Part shown: piece by piece, positions 7,708-17,795 of the stretch
Position numbering within the stretch: position 1 is the stretch's first letter
Layout of the letters: each line of letters begins with the position of its first letter
Assembly: GCA_016937995.1 (NCBI GenBank)
Contig: JAFGVM010000025.1
Coordinates: forward strand, 1-42,517
From: Candidatus Delongbacteria bacterium
GTDB taxonomy: Bacteria; UBA4055
Length of the DNA: 42,517 bases
Reading direction: 5' to 3'
Position numbers and translations under genes: made by a program
The notes under the pieces: model-generated
What the model saw: only the letters and a program-made list of their open reading frames with translations
What the model was told of the DNA's origin: nothing
Databases searched by the model: none

Positions 7708-8891
7708 TATTTTTTAAATTGGTGTATGATAGAAATTATATCTTCTATGGTGTCATCAGTGTTTCTATTGTCAATTTCTGCGACAATATTCTTATATTTA
7801 CCGGCATATCTTTTGTCGTAATATTCAACCAGTATCCATTTTATAAATTCTTCATACCTGCCTGAATTTAATAATTCTAAAAGTTCTGACACTTTTTTAC
7901 TTCCAAGTAATTTTTTGAAAAATGCCGATCTTTCGACAGTTGAATAAACCGATTCAACTCCATTGCCTGAGAAATATTCATTCCGTATTCTTTCTATTCT
8001 GAGTTCAATAAGTGAATTTATCTTTATTGTTGGAGAGAGCAGCATTTGCTGATAAAAAGGATCAGGAATGTTAAATTTACTGATCTTCTTGCTTTCTCCC
8101 TCAGATAAAAATGGATACGGAGATTTATTAGAAGAAATTATCTGAGTAAATAAATTATTTTCGAATTGTGATTGTGATAACGGGATCGAATTACTCTTAA
8201 GTTCATAACGGATATGGCCGAATAAGCTGGAAGCATGTCCAGCTGCTTTCTCAATATCAAGAACAGGATAATCGGAACTGATCTTTTCTAGGATCTCTGT
8301 TTTACCGCATCCAGTGAGTCCTGTAAGAATAATAAGTCCGTTCTTTATTTTTGAATTACTCTGTAAATATAGTTGTTCAAATATTTTACTTCGGTAAGCT
8401 TTGTAACCCCCTTCTATTTTAACAACATCAGCACCGTATTTTTTCAGATATGAATAACCTGCAGTGCTTCTTCCTCCGCCTCTCCAGCAATATACGAAAA
8501 TGGTATTACCATGATAATTGTCAACTATATTTTTAAGTTCTTTTTCTTTTTTATCCGCGTATTTTAATGCTAAAAATAAAGCAGCTTTTGGTGAGAATTG
8601 TTTATATAAAAAACCTACTTCATCTCTTTCATCATTATTCAGAATTGGAAAATTAATTGCATTAGGAAGTTTATCATCGAGAAATTCACTTTCAGATCTT
8701 AGGTCCAAAGTAATTAATTTATGGTTTAAACGATAAAGTTCGATCCATTCATCAATAGTGATAGTATTGATACTACTTTCATTAAAATGATCTTTGAAAG
8801 AGTTTGGTAATTTATCAATATCAGTTGAGTTATTTCTAACAAATTCGACCAGTGCTGAACGGTCTTTTTTTTTCATTGAATTAATATTCAT
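7707..8891 (-). CDS. selU: tRNA 2-selenouridine synthase
   Basis: Rhodanese domain 'DLRSESEF', 'YCWRGGGRS', 'GGYKAYR' plus P-loop 'GLTGCGKT', 'SQSQFEN', 'EGESKKI', 'YYDKRY' (SelU/MnmH). Confidence 0.9.
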   Translation of the reverse strand: MNINSMKKKDRSALVEFVRNNSTDIDKLPNSFKDHFNESSINTITIDEWIELYRLNHKLITLDLRSESEFLDDKLPNAINFPILNNDERDEVGFLYKQFSPKAALFLALKYADKKEKELKNIVDNYHGNTIFVYCWRGGGRSTAGYSYLKKYGADVVKIEGGYKAYRSKIFEQLYLQSNSKIKNGLIILTGLTGCGKTEILEKISSDYPVLDIEKAAGHASSLFGHIRYELKSNSIPLSQSQFENNLFTQIISSNKSPYPFLSEGESKKISKFNIPDPFYQQMLLSPTIKINSLIELRIERIRNEYFSGNGVESVYSTVERSAFFKKLLGSKKVSELLELLNSGRYEEFIKWILVEYYDKRYAGKYKNIVAEIDNRNTDDTIEDIISIIHQFKK

Positions 8892-9270
8892 TATCCTTTT
8901 GTAGATTATTCAATTTTATTGCTGCTATCAAAGAAAGAAATGACATGGGTAATAGAAAAAATGAGCTGTTAAAAACGATCTGCAGACCTGTAATATCTAC
9001 ACCGGAATTTCTTTTGATTATTTCAGGGAAATAAATGTAAAAAACAGCCAGTTTTGCTAATGGAAATGCAATTCCAAAAACCGATAAAAAACAATTCCAA
9101 GTTTTATCTTTTATCCATCTCTTGTTTTTTATTAACGAGCCGCCCTTTGCGATAAAAATAAAAGTAATAACTACATCCAGTACAATATTAACTCTGGCAA
9201 TTAAATTTAAAAGTCCTGCAAATACTAAAAATTGTCCGAAAGTTGTATATGGATGTTTTTTATCCAGCAT
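8881..9270 (-). CDS. Hypothetical integral membrane protein
   Basis: 129 aa with 3-4 hydrophobic segments; overlaps both the serpin stop and the selU start. Confidence 0.65.
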   Translation of the reverse strand: MLDKKHPYTTFGQFLVFAGLLNLIARVNIVLDVVITFIFIAKGGSLIKNKRWIKDKTWNCFLSVFGIAFPLAKLAVFYIYFPEIIKRNSGVDITGLQIVFNSSFFLLPMSFLSLIAAIKLNNLQKDNEY

Positions 9271-10490
9271 TATTTTATACTTGGGTCGTTCAGTCTTCCT
9301 GTAAACAGGATGGTACCGGTCTCATTTTCTCTGATAAAGTAAAAGAAAGGATGATCACATTTAAATTCAGGACATGGTTGAGGCATAGCTCCTTTCATTC
9401 TCATAACTACAGCAGTGGCTGCAGCGGCTTCAGTTCCTTTTTCATCAACCTCGATAAAGGTCTTATGAATTATAGCTGAAATATAAAGTTCTTTATTACC
9501 TGTCATTTTTGAAAAATCCGCTGCTTTAGTGAAAGCATCATTCATTCCAAGATCTTTCATCAGACTGCTTAATTCATAAGATAAATTTAATTTAAACTTA
9601 GGAAAATATACTTTCACTTCTTTTCCTTTTATATTATCTATTGCCGAATCAATAGTGCTCATGTTCAGCTCAGACTCAATTTTGCCCAATCCCTGAGTCT
9701 CTTTTGGTAAAAGTACTAACATAGAGACATCGTTACCCTTATATGGCATCTCCAGGAATTGAAATTTATCGTTTTCATAATACCCATACATTGCTTTATT
9801 ATACATCATTTCTGATGCTACGTCATTACCTTTGGCATTATGGAAAGTGGTTGTTTTAGTTGCGTTTTTTTGGAATTGTTCTTTCCATTCTCCTTTAAAA
9901 TATACAGCATTTGTTAATACCAACCGGGTAAGAGCATCTAAAATTCCCTGTTGAATAAGTTCTTTGATCTTATCATTTGTTTTTTCTTCCACCCACTGAT
10001 TAATTATCTGTCTAGATTTTTCATCTTCGGCAAAATTCAGGTTTTCTATCTGGGCATTGTAGTATTTTTTTCCGATATTTTTGAATGCATCGAGAAAAGT
10101 GTATCCCTCCTGCATCCAAAGACTATTAGCTACACTCAGCTTCACTATTCCTTTTTTACCGATCTCATTTATTTTATCAGTTATCTTTGAGAAATCCTGA
10201 TGGAATGCATCTGTATTTTTAGTAAACTCCAGTGCTTTTGCCATCTCAACTTCAGTATTCCCATTCGATCCCGCAAATGTCATAGCGAGTGCTGAAGATA
10301 TGCTATATGGTGAAAAAAAGATATTGTCGTTCTTTTCATCTGCTGAAAGTTTGCTATATGCTTTCAGCATGAATTCATTATTCCCCTTAGATGCATCGTA
10401 AGGTTGATCCGTTTTCGGTTCAAGATCAGTAAATGACATTGCATTTCCTGCCAGATACATAAAAGCAACTAATACTAATAATTTCTTCAT
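9270..10490 (-). CDS. Secreted serpin (serine protease inhibitor)
   Basis: 'NIFFSPYSISSALAM', 'INQWVEEKTNDKI', 'NAVYFKGEW', hinge 'EKGTEAAAAT', 'DHPFFYFI'; signal peptide; ATG 10490 preceded by RBS GAGGTG (ORF track starts at 10496). Confidence 0.95.
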   Translation of the reverse strand: MKKLLVLVAFMYLAGNAMSFTDLEPKTDQPYDASKGNNEFMLKAYSKLSADEKNDNIFFSPYSISSALAMTFAGSNGNTEVEMAKALEFTKNTDAFHQDFSKITDKINEIGKKGIVKLSVANSLWMQEGYTFLDAFKNIGKKYYNAQIENLNFAEDEKSRQIINQWVEEKTNDKIKELIQQGILDALTRLVLTNAVYFKGEWKEQFQKNATKTTTFHNAKGNDVASEMMYNKAMYGYYENDKFQFLEMPYKGNDVSMLVLLPKETQGLGKIESELNMSTIDSAIDNIKGKEVKVYFPKFKLNLSYELSSLMKDLGMNDAFTKAADFSKMTGNKELYISAIIHKTFIEVDEKGTEAAAATAVVMRMKGAMPQPCPEFKCDHPFFYFIRENETGTILFTGRLNDPSIK

Positions 10491-10520
10491 GAGCACCTCT
10501 TTGTTTCTTATGTAACAATT

Positions 10521-11339
10521 TTATTGCTTGTATAGTTCATTCTCTTTTAAGTTAACTCTTTCGATATAAGTGCTTTTACCCGACTCACTGTCAACAGTAA
10601 TAAAAACACCATTGAGCCTAAGGTCATCTGATGCCACTTCATATCTGAATGGTGTCTGATATTTGAAACGGTTAAGTGCAACTTCAGTTTTCATTCCCAA
10701 GACGGAATCGAATGGTCCTGTCATTCCGGCATCAGAGATAAATGCAGTTCCCTTTGGAAATATTTCCTCATCAGCTGTCTGCACATGTGTATGAGTGCCT
10801 ACAACTGCACTGACCTGTCCATCAAGGAATCTTCCCATTGCAATTTTCTCAGCGGTTGCTTCCGCATGAAAATCTACAAAAATAATACTGGCTTGAGATT
10901 TAAGCCTACTAATGAAATCTTTAATTTTTGAGAAAGGACAGTCTATTGGCTGCATAAATGTTCTGCCCTGTAAATTAATTACAGCGATCTTTTGTCCTAA
11001 GCTACTCTCTTTTATACAATGTCCTCTTCCGGGTACTCCTTCTGGGTAGTTCATCGGCCTGAGAATATTAGAATATCTTGGATTTGCCATAGTATTATGA
11101 AAATTTGCATAATCCCAGATGTGATTTCCTGATGTGATAACATCAACACCCATGCTGAAATATTTATTTGCCAAACCTTCGCTTAACCCCTTTCCATTTC
11201 TGGTATTTTCACCATTTACAATAATGAATTCAGGTGAATACTTCAGCTTTAAATAGGGTAAAGCTTTTTCAAAGATCCTCATTCCGGGTTCACCAATAAC
11301 ATCCGCTATGAATAAAATTTTTACTTCCATTGATCCCAC
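10521..11339 (-). CDS. ymdB: YmdB-family metallophosphoesterase (TIGR00282)
   Basis: 'VNGEN', 'TSGNHIWD', 'RPMNYP', 'DFHAEATAEK', 'GTHTHVQTAD', 'GMTGP'; lies directly after rny. Start may be ATG 11330. Confidence 0.92.
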   Translation of the reverse strand: MGSMEVKILFIADVIGEPGMRIFEKALPYLKLKYSPEFIIVNGENTRNGKGLSEGLANKYFSMGVDVITSGNHIWDYANFHNTMANPRYSNILRPMNYPEGVPGRGHCIKESSLGQKIAVINLQGRTFMQPIDCPFSKIKDFISRLKSQASIIFVDFHAEATAEKIAMGRFLDGQVSAVVGTHTHVQTADEEIFPKGTAFISDAGMTGPFDSVLGMKTEVALNRFKYQTPFRYEVASDDLRLNGVFITVDSESGKSTYIERVNLKENELYKQ

Positions 11340-11367
11340 TTTCTAATTATTAGCACTGAAGTATGGT

Positions 11368-12942
11368 CTATTTTGCTACTCCACTTGCTCTATATTCTCT
11401 AATAACAGTAACTTTAATATGTCCAGGATACTTCATTTCATCCTGAATTTTTTGAGCAATATCAGTTGCCAGCATATCAGCTCTTGCATCATCAACTTCC
11501 TCGTTTTCAACAAGAACCCTGATCTCTCTTCCTGCTTGAATAGCATAAGATTTTGTAACACCTTCATATTCTAATGCCACTGCCTCAAGTTTTTCAAGTC
11601 TCTGTAAATAATTACCAAGAGTTTCTCTTCTTGCTCCCGGTCTTGAAGAGGAAATGGCATCTGCAGCAGCAACTAATGAACTTATCGGATGCATAGCAGG
11701 AACATCTTCATGATGTGAAGCGATAGCATTTATTATAATTTTATGCTCTTTGTATTTTCTCGCAATTTCAATACCAAGTTCAACATGAGTACCTTCCTGA
11801 TACTGATCTACCGCTTTACCGATATCATGTAAAAGACCTGCTCTGACAGCTAATTTTGTATCATATCCCATTTCAGTTGCCATCAGACCGCAAAGTTTAG
11901 CACATTCAATGGAATGAAGCAGAACATTTTGACCGTAACTGGTTCTGTATTCCAATCTTCCCAGCAGTTTAACAATTTCTGGATGAAGGTTATGAACTCC
12001 AAGGTCAATGACCGTATCATTTCCGATTTCTTTGATCAGAGCTTCCATTTCTTTTTTAGATTTTTCAACCACTTCTTCTATCTTACCAGGATGAACTCTA
12101 CCGTCCTGAATAAGTTTTTCAAGTGCATTCTTTGCAATTGCTCTTCTGTACGGGTCAAATCCTGAAAGAACCACTGCTCCCGGAGTATCATCAACGATCA
12201 CCTCAATTCCAGTAGCCTGCTCGAAAGATCTTATGTTCCTTCCTTCTCTACCGATTATCCTTCCTTTTATCTCATCGTTAGGAAGGTTAACAACAGATAA
12301 AGTAGTATCAGCACTATGATCGGCCGCTGTTCTCTGGATGGCTGAAACAACTATTTCCTTAGCTTCTCTATCAGCAGTTTCCTTAGCTTCATCTTTAATA
12401 TCTTTGATAAGCTTTGCAACACTATTCTTAGCATCCGTGATCAAATGTGCTTTCAATTCCTCCAGAACTTCCTCTTTGGTTAAACCGGATATTTTCTCAA
12501 GTTTATCGATAGCTTCCTGGTATTTTATATCAACTTGTTCTTGTTTTTCAGCCAAGAATCTTTTCTTGTCCTCTATGGACTGTTCCTTACTTTTAAGCTC
12601 TTTTTCCTTTTTGAGCATCTCTTCGTTTTTTACTTTAATATCATTTTGAATATCTTTTAATTTCAACTCTTCTTTATGTATTTCATTTTCTTTTTTTCTG
12701 ATCTCGTCTTCATGTATTTGTTTATCCTTTGAGATCTGATCTCTGATCTTTATTTCTTCCTTAAGTATACTTGCCTGTGATTCTTTTAATTGTAATTCAG
12801 CTTCTCTTTCGGCTTTGGCAATTATTTTTTCAGCTTGAGCCTTAGAGCTTCCGATTTTACTTTCAATTAACCATTTTGCTACGATATATCCAACTAAAAA
12901 TGCAATTGGGATTGATATCAATAAATATAGTTCCTGCGTCAT
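11368..12942 (-). CDS. rny: Ribonuclease Y
   Basis: N-terminal TM, coiled coil, KH '[13 protein letters not shown]', HD 'LLHDIGK', 'RPGARRE', '[12 protein letters not shown]'. Confidence 0.97.
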   Translation of the reverse strand: MTQELYLLISIPIAFLVGYIVAKWLIESKIGSSKAQAEKIIAKAEREAELQLKESQASILKEEIKIRDQISKDKQIHEDEIRKKENEIHKEELKLKDIQNDIKVKNEEMLKKEKELKSKEQSIEDKKRFLAEKQEQVDIKYQEAIDKLEKISGLTKEEVLEELKAHLITDAKNSVAKLIKDIKDEAKETADREAKEIVVSAIQRTAADHSADTTLSVVNLPNDEIKGRIIGREGRNIRSFEQATGIEVIVDDTPGAVVLSGFDPYRRAIAKNALEKLIQDGRVHPGKIEEVVEKSKKEMEALIKEIGNDTVIDLGVHNLHPEIVKLLGRLEYRTSYGQNVLLHSIECAKLCGLMATEMGYDTKLAVRAGLLHDIGKAVDQYQEGTHVELGIEIARKYKEHKIIINAIASHHEDVPAMHPISSLVAAADAISSSRPGARRETLGNYLQRLEKLEAVALEYEGVTKSYAIQAGREIRVLVENEEVDDARADMLATDIAQKIQDEMKYPGHIKVTVIREYRASGVAK

Positions 12943-13012
12943 ATTATCTCCATGTTGATTAAAATCATTTATTTCATTATTATATTAAAAGCGTCAGATA
13001 GATAAAATTTAT

Positions 13013-13190
13013 TTACAACCCCTAACGTAGTAAGTCGATTATTTGGTACGTTGGGTGCCGTTCTTACTGATCCATAGTCCACTACCCTGAAAAGAGCCGC
13101 ATTTTTTCGTGCGGAGGAGGCTTTATGTCACTATAAGTTAACTAACTCCCTGTTTGTAGCTTTTGAAACTACTACATAAAGGGGTTGTAA
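13013..13190 (-). ncRNA. ssrS: 6S RNA
   Basis: About 178-nt element closed by a terminal stem (TTACAACCCCT...AGGGGTTGTAA); minus strand contains CAGGGAG and CGGCACCCA motifs typical of 6S; located immediately downstream of zapA, the known ssrS position. Confidence 0.85.
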
Positions 13191-13191
13191 T

Positions 13192-13461
13192 TTATTCTAG
13201 AGAAACATCGAGTTCATTCATGATCTTATCAATACTATTCATATTTTCTCTATAGGTTTTATCATTTTTCAGGAATTCCGCTGTAATGTTCAATGCTGCT
13301 AGTACAGCAATTCTCTTAGTCGAATGCTCATTGGATGTTTTTCGGGTCTCTTCCATCTTTTTAATTACATATTCGACAACTTCCTTGATGTATTCCTTCT
13401 GGTCAGTGTTAACCCTTACAGGAAATTCTTCTCCGAGGATATTTACTTTAATTGATTCCAT
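13192..13461 (-). CDS. zapA: Cell division protein ZapA
   Basis: 'IKVNILGEEFPV', 'RIAVLAALNITAE'; pheT-x-zapA-rny order. Confidence 0.92.
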   Translation of the reverse strand: MESIKVNILGEEFPVRVNTDQKEYIKEVVEYVIKKMEETRKTSNEHSTKRIAVLAALNITAEFLKNDKTYRENMNSIDKIMNELDVSLE

Positions 13462-13480
13462 CCTACGCTCGGATTAATTA

Positions 13481-13867
13481 TTACAATAATGTATCTAATT
13501 GTTCCAGTTCTGATTCTACTTCTTTTTCTTCCTCATCTTCGGTTTTTTCTTCGACCTTGTCAGCAGTTTTATTTTTTACCGTTTTCTTTTCCTGCTTTTC
13601 TTCTACATCATCAGAGAACAAAGACTCCAATTCAGATAGTTTTTCTTCGATTTCTTTTACTGCTTCTTCATTCTGGCTTGAAATTTTATTTTTCTCACCA
13701 AGTACTTTATCCAATTCAGCTTTCAGATCTTTGTTCTTTTTCTTTATTTCTTCAAGTTCTGAATTGATATTTTCAATTTCTTTATTCTTTGCGTCAAGCT
13801 CACTTTGCTGAGATTTAATTTTATCAGCTGCTTGAACTATCTTTTCTTTGATCTTGTTAAAATCCAT
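13481..13867 (-). CDS. Coiled-coil protein, ZapB-like by position
   Basis: Heptad-rich, highly charged 128 aa between pheT and zapA; acidic C-terminal tail. Confidence 0.6.
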   Translation of the reverse strand: MDFNKIKEKIVQAADKIKSQQSELDAKNKEIENINSELEEIKKKNKDLKAELDKVLGEKNKISSQNEEAVKEIEEKLSELESLFSDDVEEKQEKKTVKNKTADKVEEKTEDEEEKEVESELEQLDTLL

Positions 13868-13878
13868 ATTTGATCCTT

Positions 13879-16260
13879 TTATCTAATTTCAACGTTCAGG
13901 TCTTTTTTTAGCCCGTTAATTATCTTATTAAATATTTTGTCAATTTCCTTATCTGTTAAGGTTTTATCCATTGATTGGAACTCCATTCTAAAAGTATATG
14001 ACTTCTTGTCAGGATCGATCTGTTCACCTTTATAATGGTCTGTCGTTAAAATATTTATTAGCTCTTTACCTCCGTATTTTTTAATAACATTTGCTATTGT
14101 CAATGATTCTTCATCATCATTCATAAGAACGGACAGATCCTTTTTTACTTTAGGATATTTAGACAGTTCTTTAATGGTACATTCACCTTTGAGCTCCATA
14201 CAGTCTTCAACAAGCATTTCAAAGCAGAATATATCACTTTTAATTTCAAAAATTCGGGTTGTATCCGTGGATAATTTCCCAAAAGTGGCAATTTTATTTC
14301 CATTCCTGAATACTGACAGAGATTGTGATCTGTTGAAATAATCCGGAATATCCTTATTTTCATATTTGACGTCGTTAACTTTCTTTAATTCAAAAAATCG
14401 TTCAACGATTCCTTTTATATCATAAAAATCATACTCGAGTTCGCTTTCATTCCACTGCTGTTTTCTGTTTATTCCGGATAAAAGTACAGCAAAGGAGTTT
14501 TTTTCTTCTAATTTACCATTTATCTCGTAGAATATTTTACCAACTTCAAAAATATTTATACTATCGTATTTCCTCCGGATGTTCTTATCAGCAATATTGG
14601 CTAAAGAGGTAAGAATAGAGTTTCTTAAATGGTTCATTTCCTCGTTTAGAGGGTGCTGAATCCTGATAGGTTTCTTTTCAAAAGGTAAACAATATTTGAG
14701 ATCGACCATACTTTTCGCAGATATTTCGATCAATCCCATATTTACAAGTTGCTCTCTGATATTATCAATTTCGAGCTCTTCTGGATCTTCATTGATCTTT
14801 AAGTCAACATTGGATTTTGTTTGATCAGGGATCTTATCATAACCGTATAATCTTACAACCTCTTCGATAAGATCTATCTCTCTTGTAATATCAGGTCTGA
14901 AAGTCGGGACCTGAACAGAAAGTACATCTTCTGATTTTACCTCAGTCCTCAGATCAATAGAATTTAATGAATGTATTATATCTTCTTTATCAATTTTGAA
15001 CCCGAGAAGCTTTTCAGTTCGGCTCAGTCTTAGTTCAATAGTAAGTTCCTTGATCTTTTTAGGATATACATCAAATATACCTTTTGTGGTTTCTCCACCG
15101 GCCAGTTCATTTATCAAAGCGGCAGCTCTATCAACAACAAATTCAGCGTTATTAGGATCAACACCCCTCTCAAATCTTTTTGATGAGTCAGATAAGATGT
15201 TGGTATGCTTAACAGTATGTCTAATATCTGCAAGATTGAAGTATGCTACCTCAAGCAGTACATCTGTAGTTTTTTCAGTTACACCACTGTTTAATCCACC
15301 CATTACACCTGCTAAAGCTACAGGTTTTTCTACATCACATATAAGTAGGATGTCATCATTTAATTTTAACTTGTTATCATCTAATGTAGTGAATTCTTCT
15401 CCATTTTTTGCTTTTCTTACAATGATCTTTTTCCCTGCTATATCATTGAAGTCAAAAGCATGCAAGGGATGTCCAGTTTCCATTAAAACAAAATTCGTAA
15501 TATCCACGACATTATTTATTGGTCGTAACCCAACTGCAATTAATTTTTCCTGCAGCCATTTAGGTGAGTCTTTAACAGTGATATCTTTTATCAAACGTGC
15601 AGAATATCTTGGACAAGCATCAGTATCTTGGATCTCAATATTAATGTTATCTTCGATCTTAACATTACTTTCTTTAAGTTCAAATTCAGGAATTTGAAGC
15701 TTCTTTCCTGTTAAAAAAGCAAATTCACGTCCAAATCCCAAATACCCTAAAGCATCTGCGCGATTTGCAGTAACTTCAAGATCAAAAACATGATCTTCAA
15801 AACCAAATAGATCTTTCAATGGAGTTCCCGGATTGTATTTGTCATCCAATACCATGATCCCGTCATGATTATCAGATAGACCCAGTTCATCCTCAGCACA
15901 GATCATCCCGTTTGATTCAATACCTCTCATCTTAGCTTTCTTGATCTTAAAATCAGGGAATTGTGCACCAACCAGCGCAACAGGAACAGTTTGTCCTTCT
16001 TTTACGTTAGGAGCTCCACATACTATTTGAAGATCTTCATCACCAACATTTACCTTGCACACTGTTAGGCGGTCAGCATCAGGATGCTTTGAGCATTCAA
16101 GTACTTTTCCAACAACGAAATTCTCATAATTCTTGTTTACATATTCAACTGCTTCAGATTCAAATCCTAAAATTGCTAATCTATGGGCTATTTCATTCGC
16201 GTTCGATGCATCTATATCAAAATCGATGTAATCTTTTAACCATTTTGCTGATATTTTCAT
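13879..16260 (-). CDS. pheT: Phenylalanine-tRNA ligase beta subunit
   Basis: 'HPDADRL', 'IVCGAPNV', 'TANRADAL', 'RPINNVVDITN', 'RFERGVDP', 'RPDITREIDLIEEV', C-terminal anticodon-binding domain. Confidence 0.98.
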   Translation of the reverse strand: MKISAKWLKDYIDFDIDASNANEIAHRLAILGFESEAVEYVNKNYENFVVGKVLECSKHPDADRLTVCKVNVGDEDLQIVCGAPNVKEGQTVPVALVGAQFPDFKIKKAKMRGIESNGMICAEDELGLSDNHDGIMVLDDKYNPGTPLKDLFGFEDHVFDLEVTANRADALGYLGFGREFAFLTGKKLQIPEFELKESNVKIEDNINIEIQDTDACPRYSARLIKDITVKDSPKWLQEKLIAVGLRPINNVVDITNFVLMETGHPLHAFDFNDIAGKKIIVRKAKNGEEFTTLDDNKLKLNDDILLICDVEKPVALAGVMGGLNSGVTEKTTDVLLEVAYFNLADIRHTVKHTNILSDSSKRFERGVDPNNAEFVVDRAAALINELAGGETTKGIFDVYPKKIKELTIELRLSRTEKLLGFKIDKEDIIHSLNSIDLRTEVKSEDVLSVQVPTFRPDITREIDLIEEVVRLYGYDKIPDQTKSNVDLKINEDPEELEIDNIREQLVNMGLIEISAKSMVDLKYCLPFEKKPIRIQHPLNEEMNHLRNSILTSLANIADKNIRRKYDSINIFEVGKIFYEINGKLEEKNSFAVLLSGINRKQQWNESELEYDFYDIKGIVERFFELKKVNDVKYENKDIPDYFNRSQSLSVFRNGNKIATFGKLSTDTTRIFEIKSDIFCFEMLVEDCMELKGECTIKELSKYPKVKKDLSVLMNDDEESLTIANVIKKYGGKELINILTTDHYKGEQIDPDKKSYTFRMEFQSMDKTLTDKEIDKIFNKIINGLKKDLNVEIR

Positions 16261-16280
16261 TATCTATTCCAAAGTTTGTT

Positions 16281-17318
16281 TTAAAATTGCTCAAGAAATC
16301 TCAGATCATTCTCATAAATATCCCTGATATCGTTGAGTCCGTATTTCAACATCGTTAATCTTTCAATTCCCAGGCCGAATGCAAATCCGGTATACTTTTC
16401 ACTGTCAACACCAACATTTTCAAGAAGTTTAGGATGGACCATACCACAACCTCCAAGTTCTATCCAACCACTGTTCTTGCATAAAGAACATCCATCACCA
16501 CCACATTTAAAACAGGTTACATCGACTTCTGCTGAAGGTTCTGTAAAAGGGAAATAATGAGGTCTGAACCGTACATTTGTTTCTTGACCGTATAAGTGTT
16601 TGAAGAATGCAAGAAGAGTTCCTTTTAGTTCGGCAAAAGAAACATTTTCATCTACATACAATCCTTCCAGCTGCATGAACATGGCTGTATGTGTTGAGTT
16701 TTCTTTCTCGTTACGATATACTCTTCCAGGACAGATAATTCTATACGGAGGATCAGATTTTTCCATAGTTCTGATCTGGACCGAAGATGTTTCAGTTCTC
16801 AATAGAAGTTGAGAATCTTTATCAACGTACAATGAGTCTGTTACTTTTCTTGCTGGATGCCATTCAGGCATATTTAATGCGTCAAAAATATAATGTTCAG
16901 TTTCTATTTCCGGACCTATTGCCACAGAAAAACCCATCTGTCTAAATATCTGCTTTATCTCATCTCTCATTTTGTAAAGAGGGTGATATTTACCGACTGG
17001 TAACTTTCTTCCGGGTAATGTAAGATCTATTTTATTATCCTCGTTATTGCTGAATCCCGCTTTTAATCTGTTTATCAGTTCGTATGCTTCTTCCCTGAGA
17101 CTGTTAAGTATCTGACCAAACTCTTTCTTATCTTGATTTTGAACTTCTTTTATCTTGGAGAACAATTCAGGGATCATTCCTTTTTTACTCAGATATTTTA
17201 TTCTTTTTTCTTCAACGATCTCATATGTGCTAGAATTTCCGATCTCACTTAAAATTTCATTCTTTAGTTGTTTTAATTCATCAATTTTCATCAAGTTATC
17301 CGTTTTATCTTCTTTCAT
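16281..17318 (-). CDS. pheS: Phenylalanine-tRNA ligase alpha subunit
   Basis: 'HPAR', 'PGRVYR', 'FRPHYFPFTEPS', 'GCGMVHP', 'GFAFGLGIERL'. Start uncertain (17348, 17318 or 17291). Confidence 0.96.
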   Translation of the reverse strand: MKEDKTDNLMKIDELKQLKNEILSEIGNSSTYEIVEEKRIKYLSKKGMIPELFSKIKEVQNQDKKEFGQILNSLREEAYELINRLKAGFSNNEDNKIDLTLPGRKLPVGKYHPLYKMRDEIKQIFRQMGFSVAIGPEIETEHYIFDALNMPEWHPARKVTDSLYVDKDSQLLLRTETSSVQIRTMEKSDPPYRIICPGRVYRNEKENSTHTAMFMQLEGLYVDENVSFAELKGTLLAFFKHLYGQETNVRFRPHYFPFTEPSAEVDVTCFKCGGDGCSLCKNSGWIELGGCGMVHPKLLENVGVDSEKYTGFAFGLGIERLTMLKYGLNDIRDIYENDLRFLEQF

Positions 17319-17407
17319 GTCAATTTGACAGTATTCTTCTATCATCAATTAAGCTATTGTTATTAATTGATTATGCCTACTATTAACTATAACTAAATTA
17401 TTAGGTA

Positions 17408-17436
17408 AAAATAAAATTTTAGTGCTTAAAAGTCAA
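17408..17436 (-). promoter_or_regulatory. Putative sigma70 promoter for the pheS run
   Basis: Minus strand TTGACT, 17-nt spacer, TATTTT; the AT-rich background lowers specificity. Confidence 0.4.
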
Positions 17437-17465
17437 TCATTATAATTTTAAACTTACAGGGAAAT

Positions 17466-17494
17466 AAAAAAGGGAGTCAACTTGACTCCCTTTT
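17466..17494 (-). terminator. Rho-independent terminator of the tRNA operon
   Basis: Minus strand AAAAGGGAGTCAA-g-TTGACTCCC-TTTTTT immediately after tRNA-Leu. Confidence 0.88.
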
Positions 17495-17496
17495 CG

Positions 17497-17580
17497 TACT
17501 GAAGACCGGACTTGAACCGGTACACTCCGAAGAGCGAGGGATTTTAAGTCCCTTGTGTCTACCAATTCCACCACTCCAGC
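17497..17580 (-). tRNA. tRNA-Leu (anticodon TAA)
   Basis: GCTGGAG acceptor; D-loop GGAATTGGTAGAC; anticodon arm AGGGA-CTTAAAA-TCCCT; long variable arm; T-arm ACCGG-TTCAAGT-CCGGT; CCA not encoded. Confidence 0.96.
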
Positions 17581-17599
17581 AAACACTATGTTTTTCCAG

Positions 17600-17671
17600 A
17601 GGCGACGACCAGATTTGAACTGGTGAATGGAAGTTTTGCAGACTTCTGCCTTACCACTTGGCTACGTCGCC
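17600..17671 (-). tRNA. tRNA-Cys (anticodon GCA)
   Basis: GGCGACG acceptor; GAAGT-CTGCAAA-ACTTC anticodon arm; TTCAAAT T-loop; U discriminator; CCA not encoded. Confidence 0.96.
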
Positions 17672-17681
17672 AATAAAAAAG

Positions 17682-17753
<72 letters not shown>

Positions 17754-17766
17754 TTTTAGGGGGGTA

Positions 17767-17795
17767 AATATAATTAATAAAATTTTTGAATGCAA
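17767..17795 (-). promoter_or_regulatory. Sigma70 promoter of the tRNA Gly-Cys-Leu operon
   Basis: Minus strand TTGCAT, 17-nt spacer, TATATT, then a C-rich discriminator; the -10 box ends about 13 nt before tRNA-Gly. Confidence 0.7.

Noticed and set aside
14996-15697. 233-aa plus-strand ORF and the other short antisense or alternate-frame ORFs in the track (e.g. 12338-12649, 13452-13811, 29375-29860, 35036-35440)
   Set aside because: They lie on top of well-supported genes, have antisense-typical Ser/Phe/Leu-rich composition and show no motifs.
17320-17465. T-box or attenuator upstream of pheS
   Set aside because: The spacer is short and very AT-rich with no T-box motif or Phe-rich leader; the only hairpin is the tRNA operon terminator.
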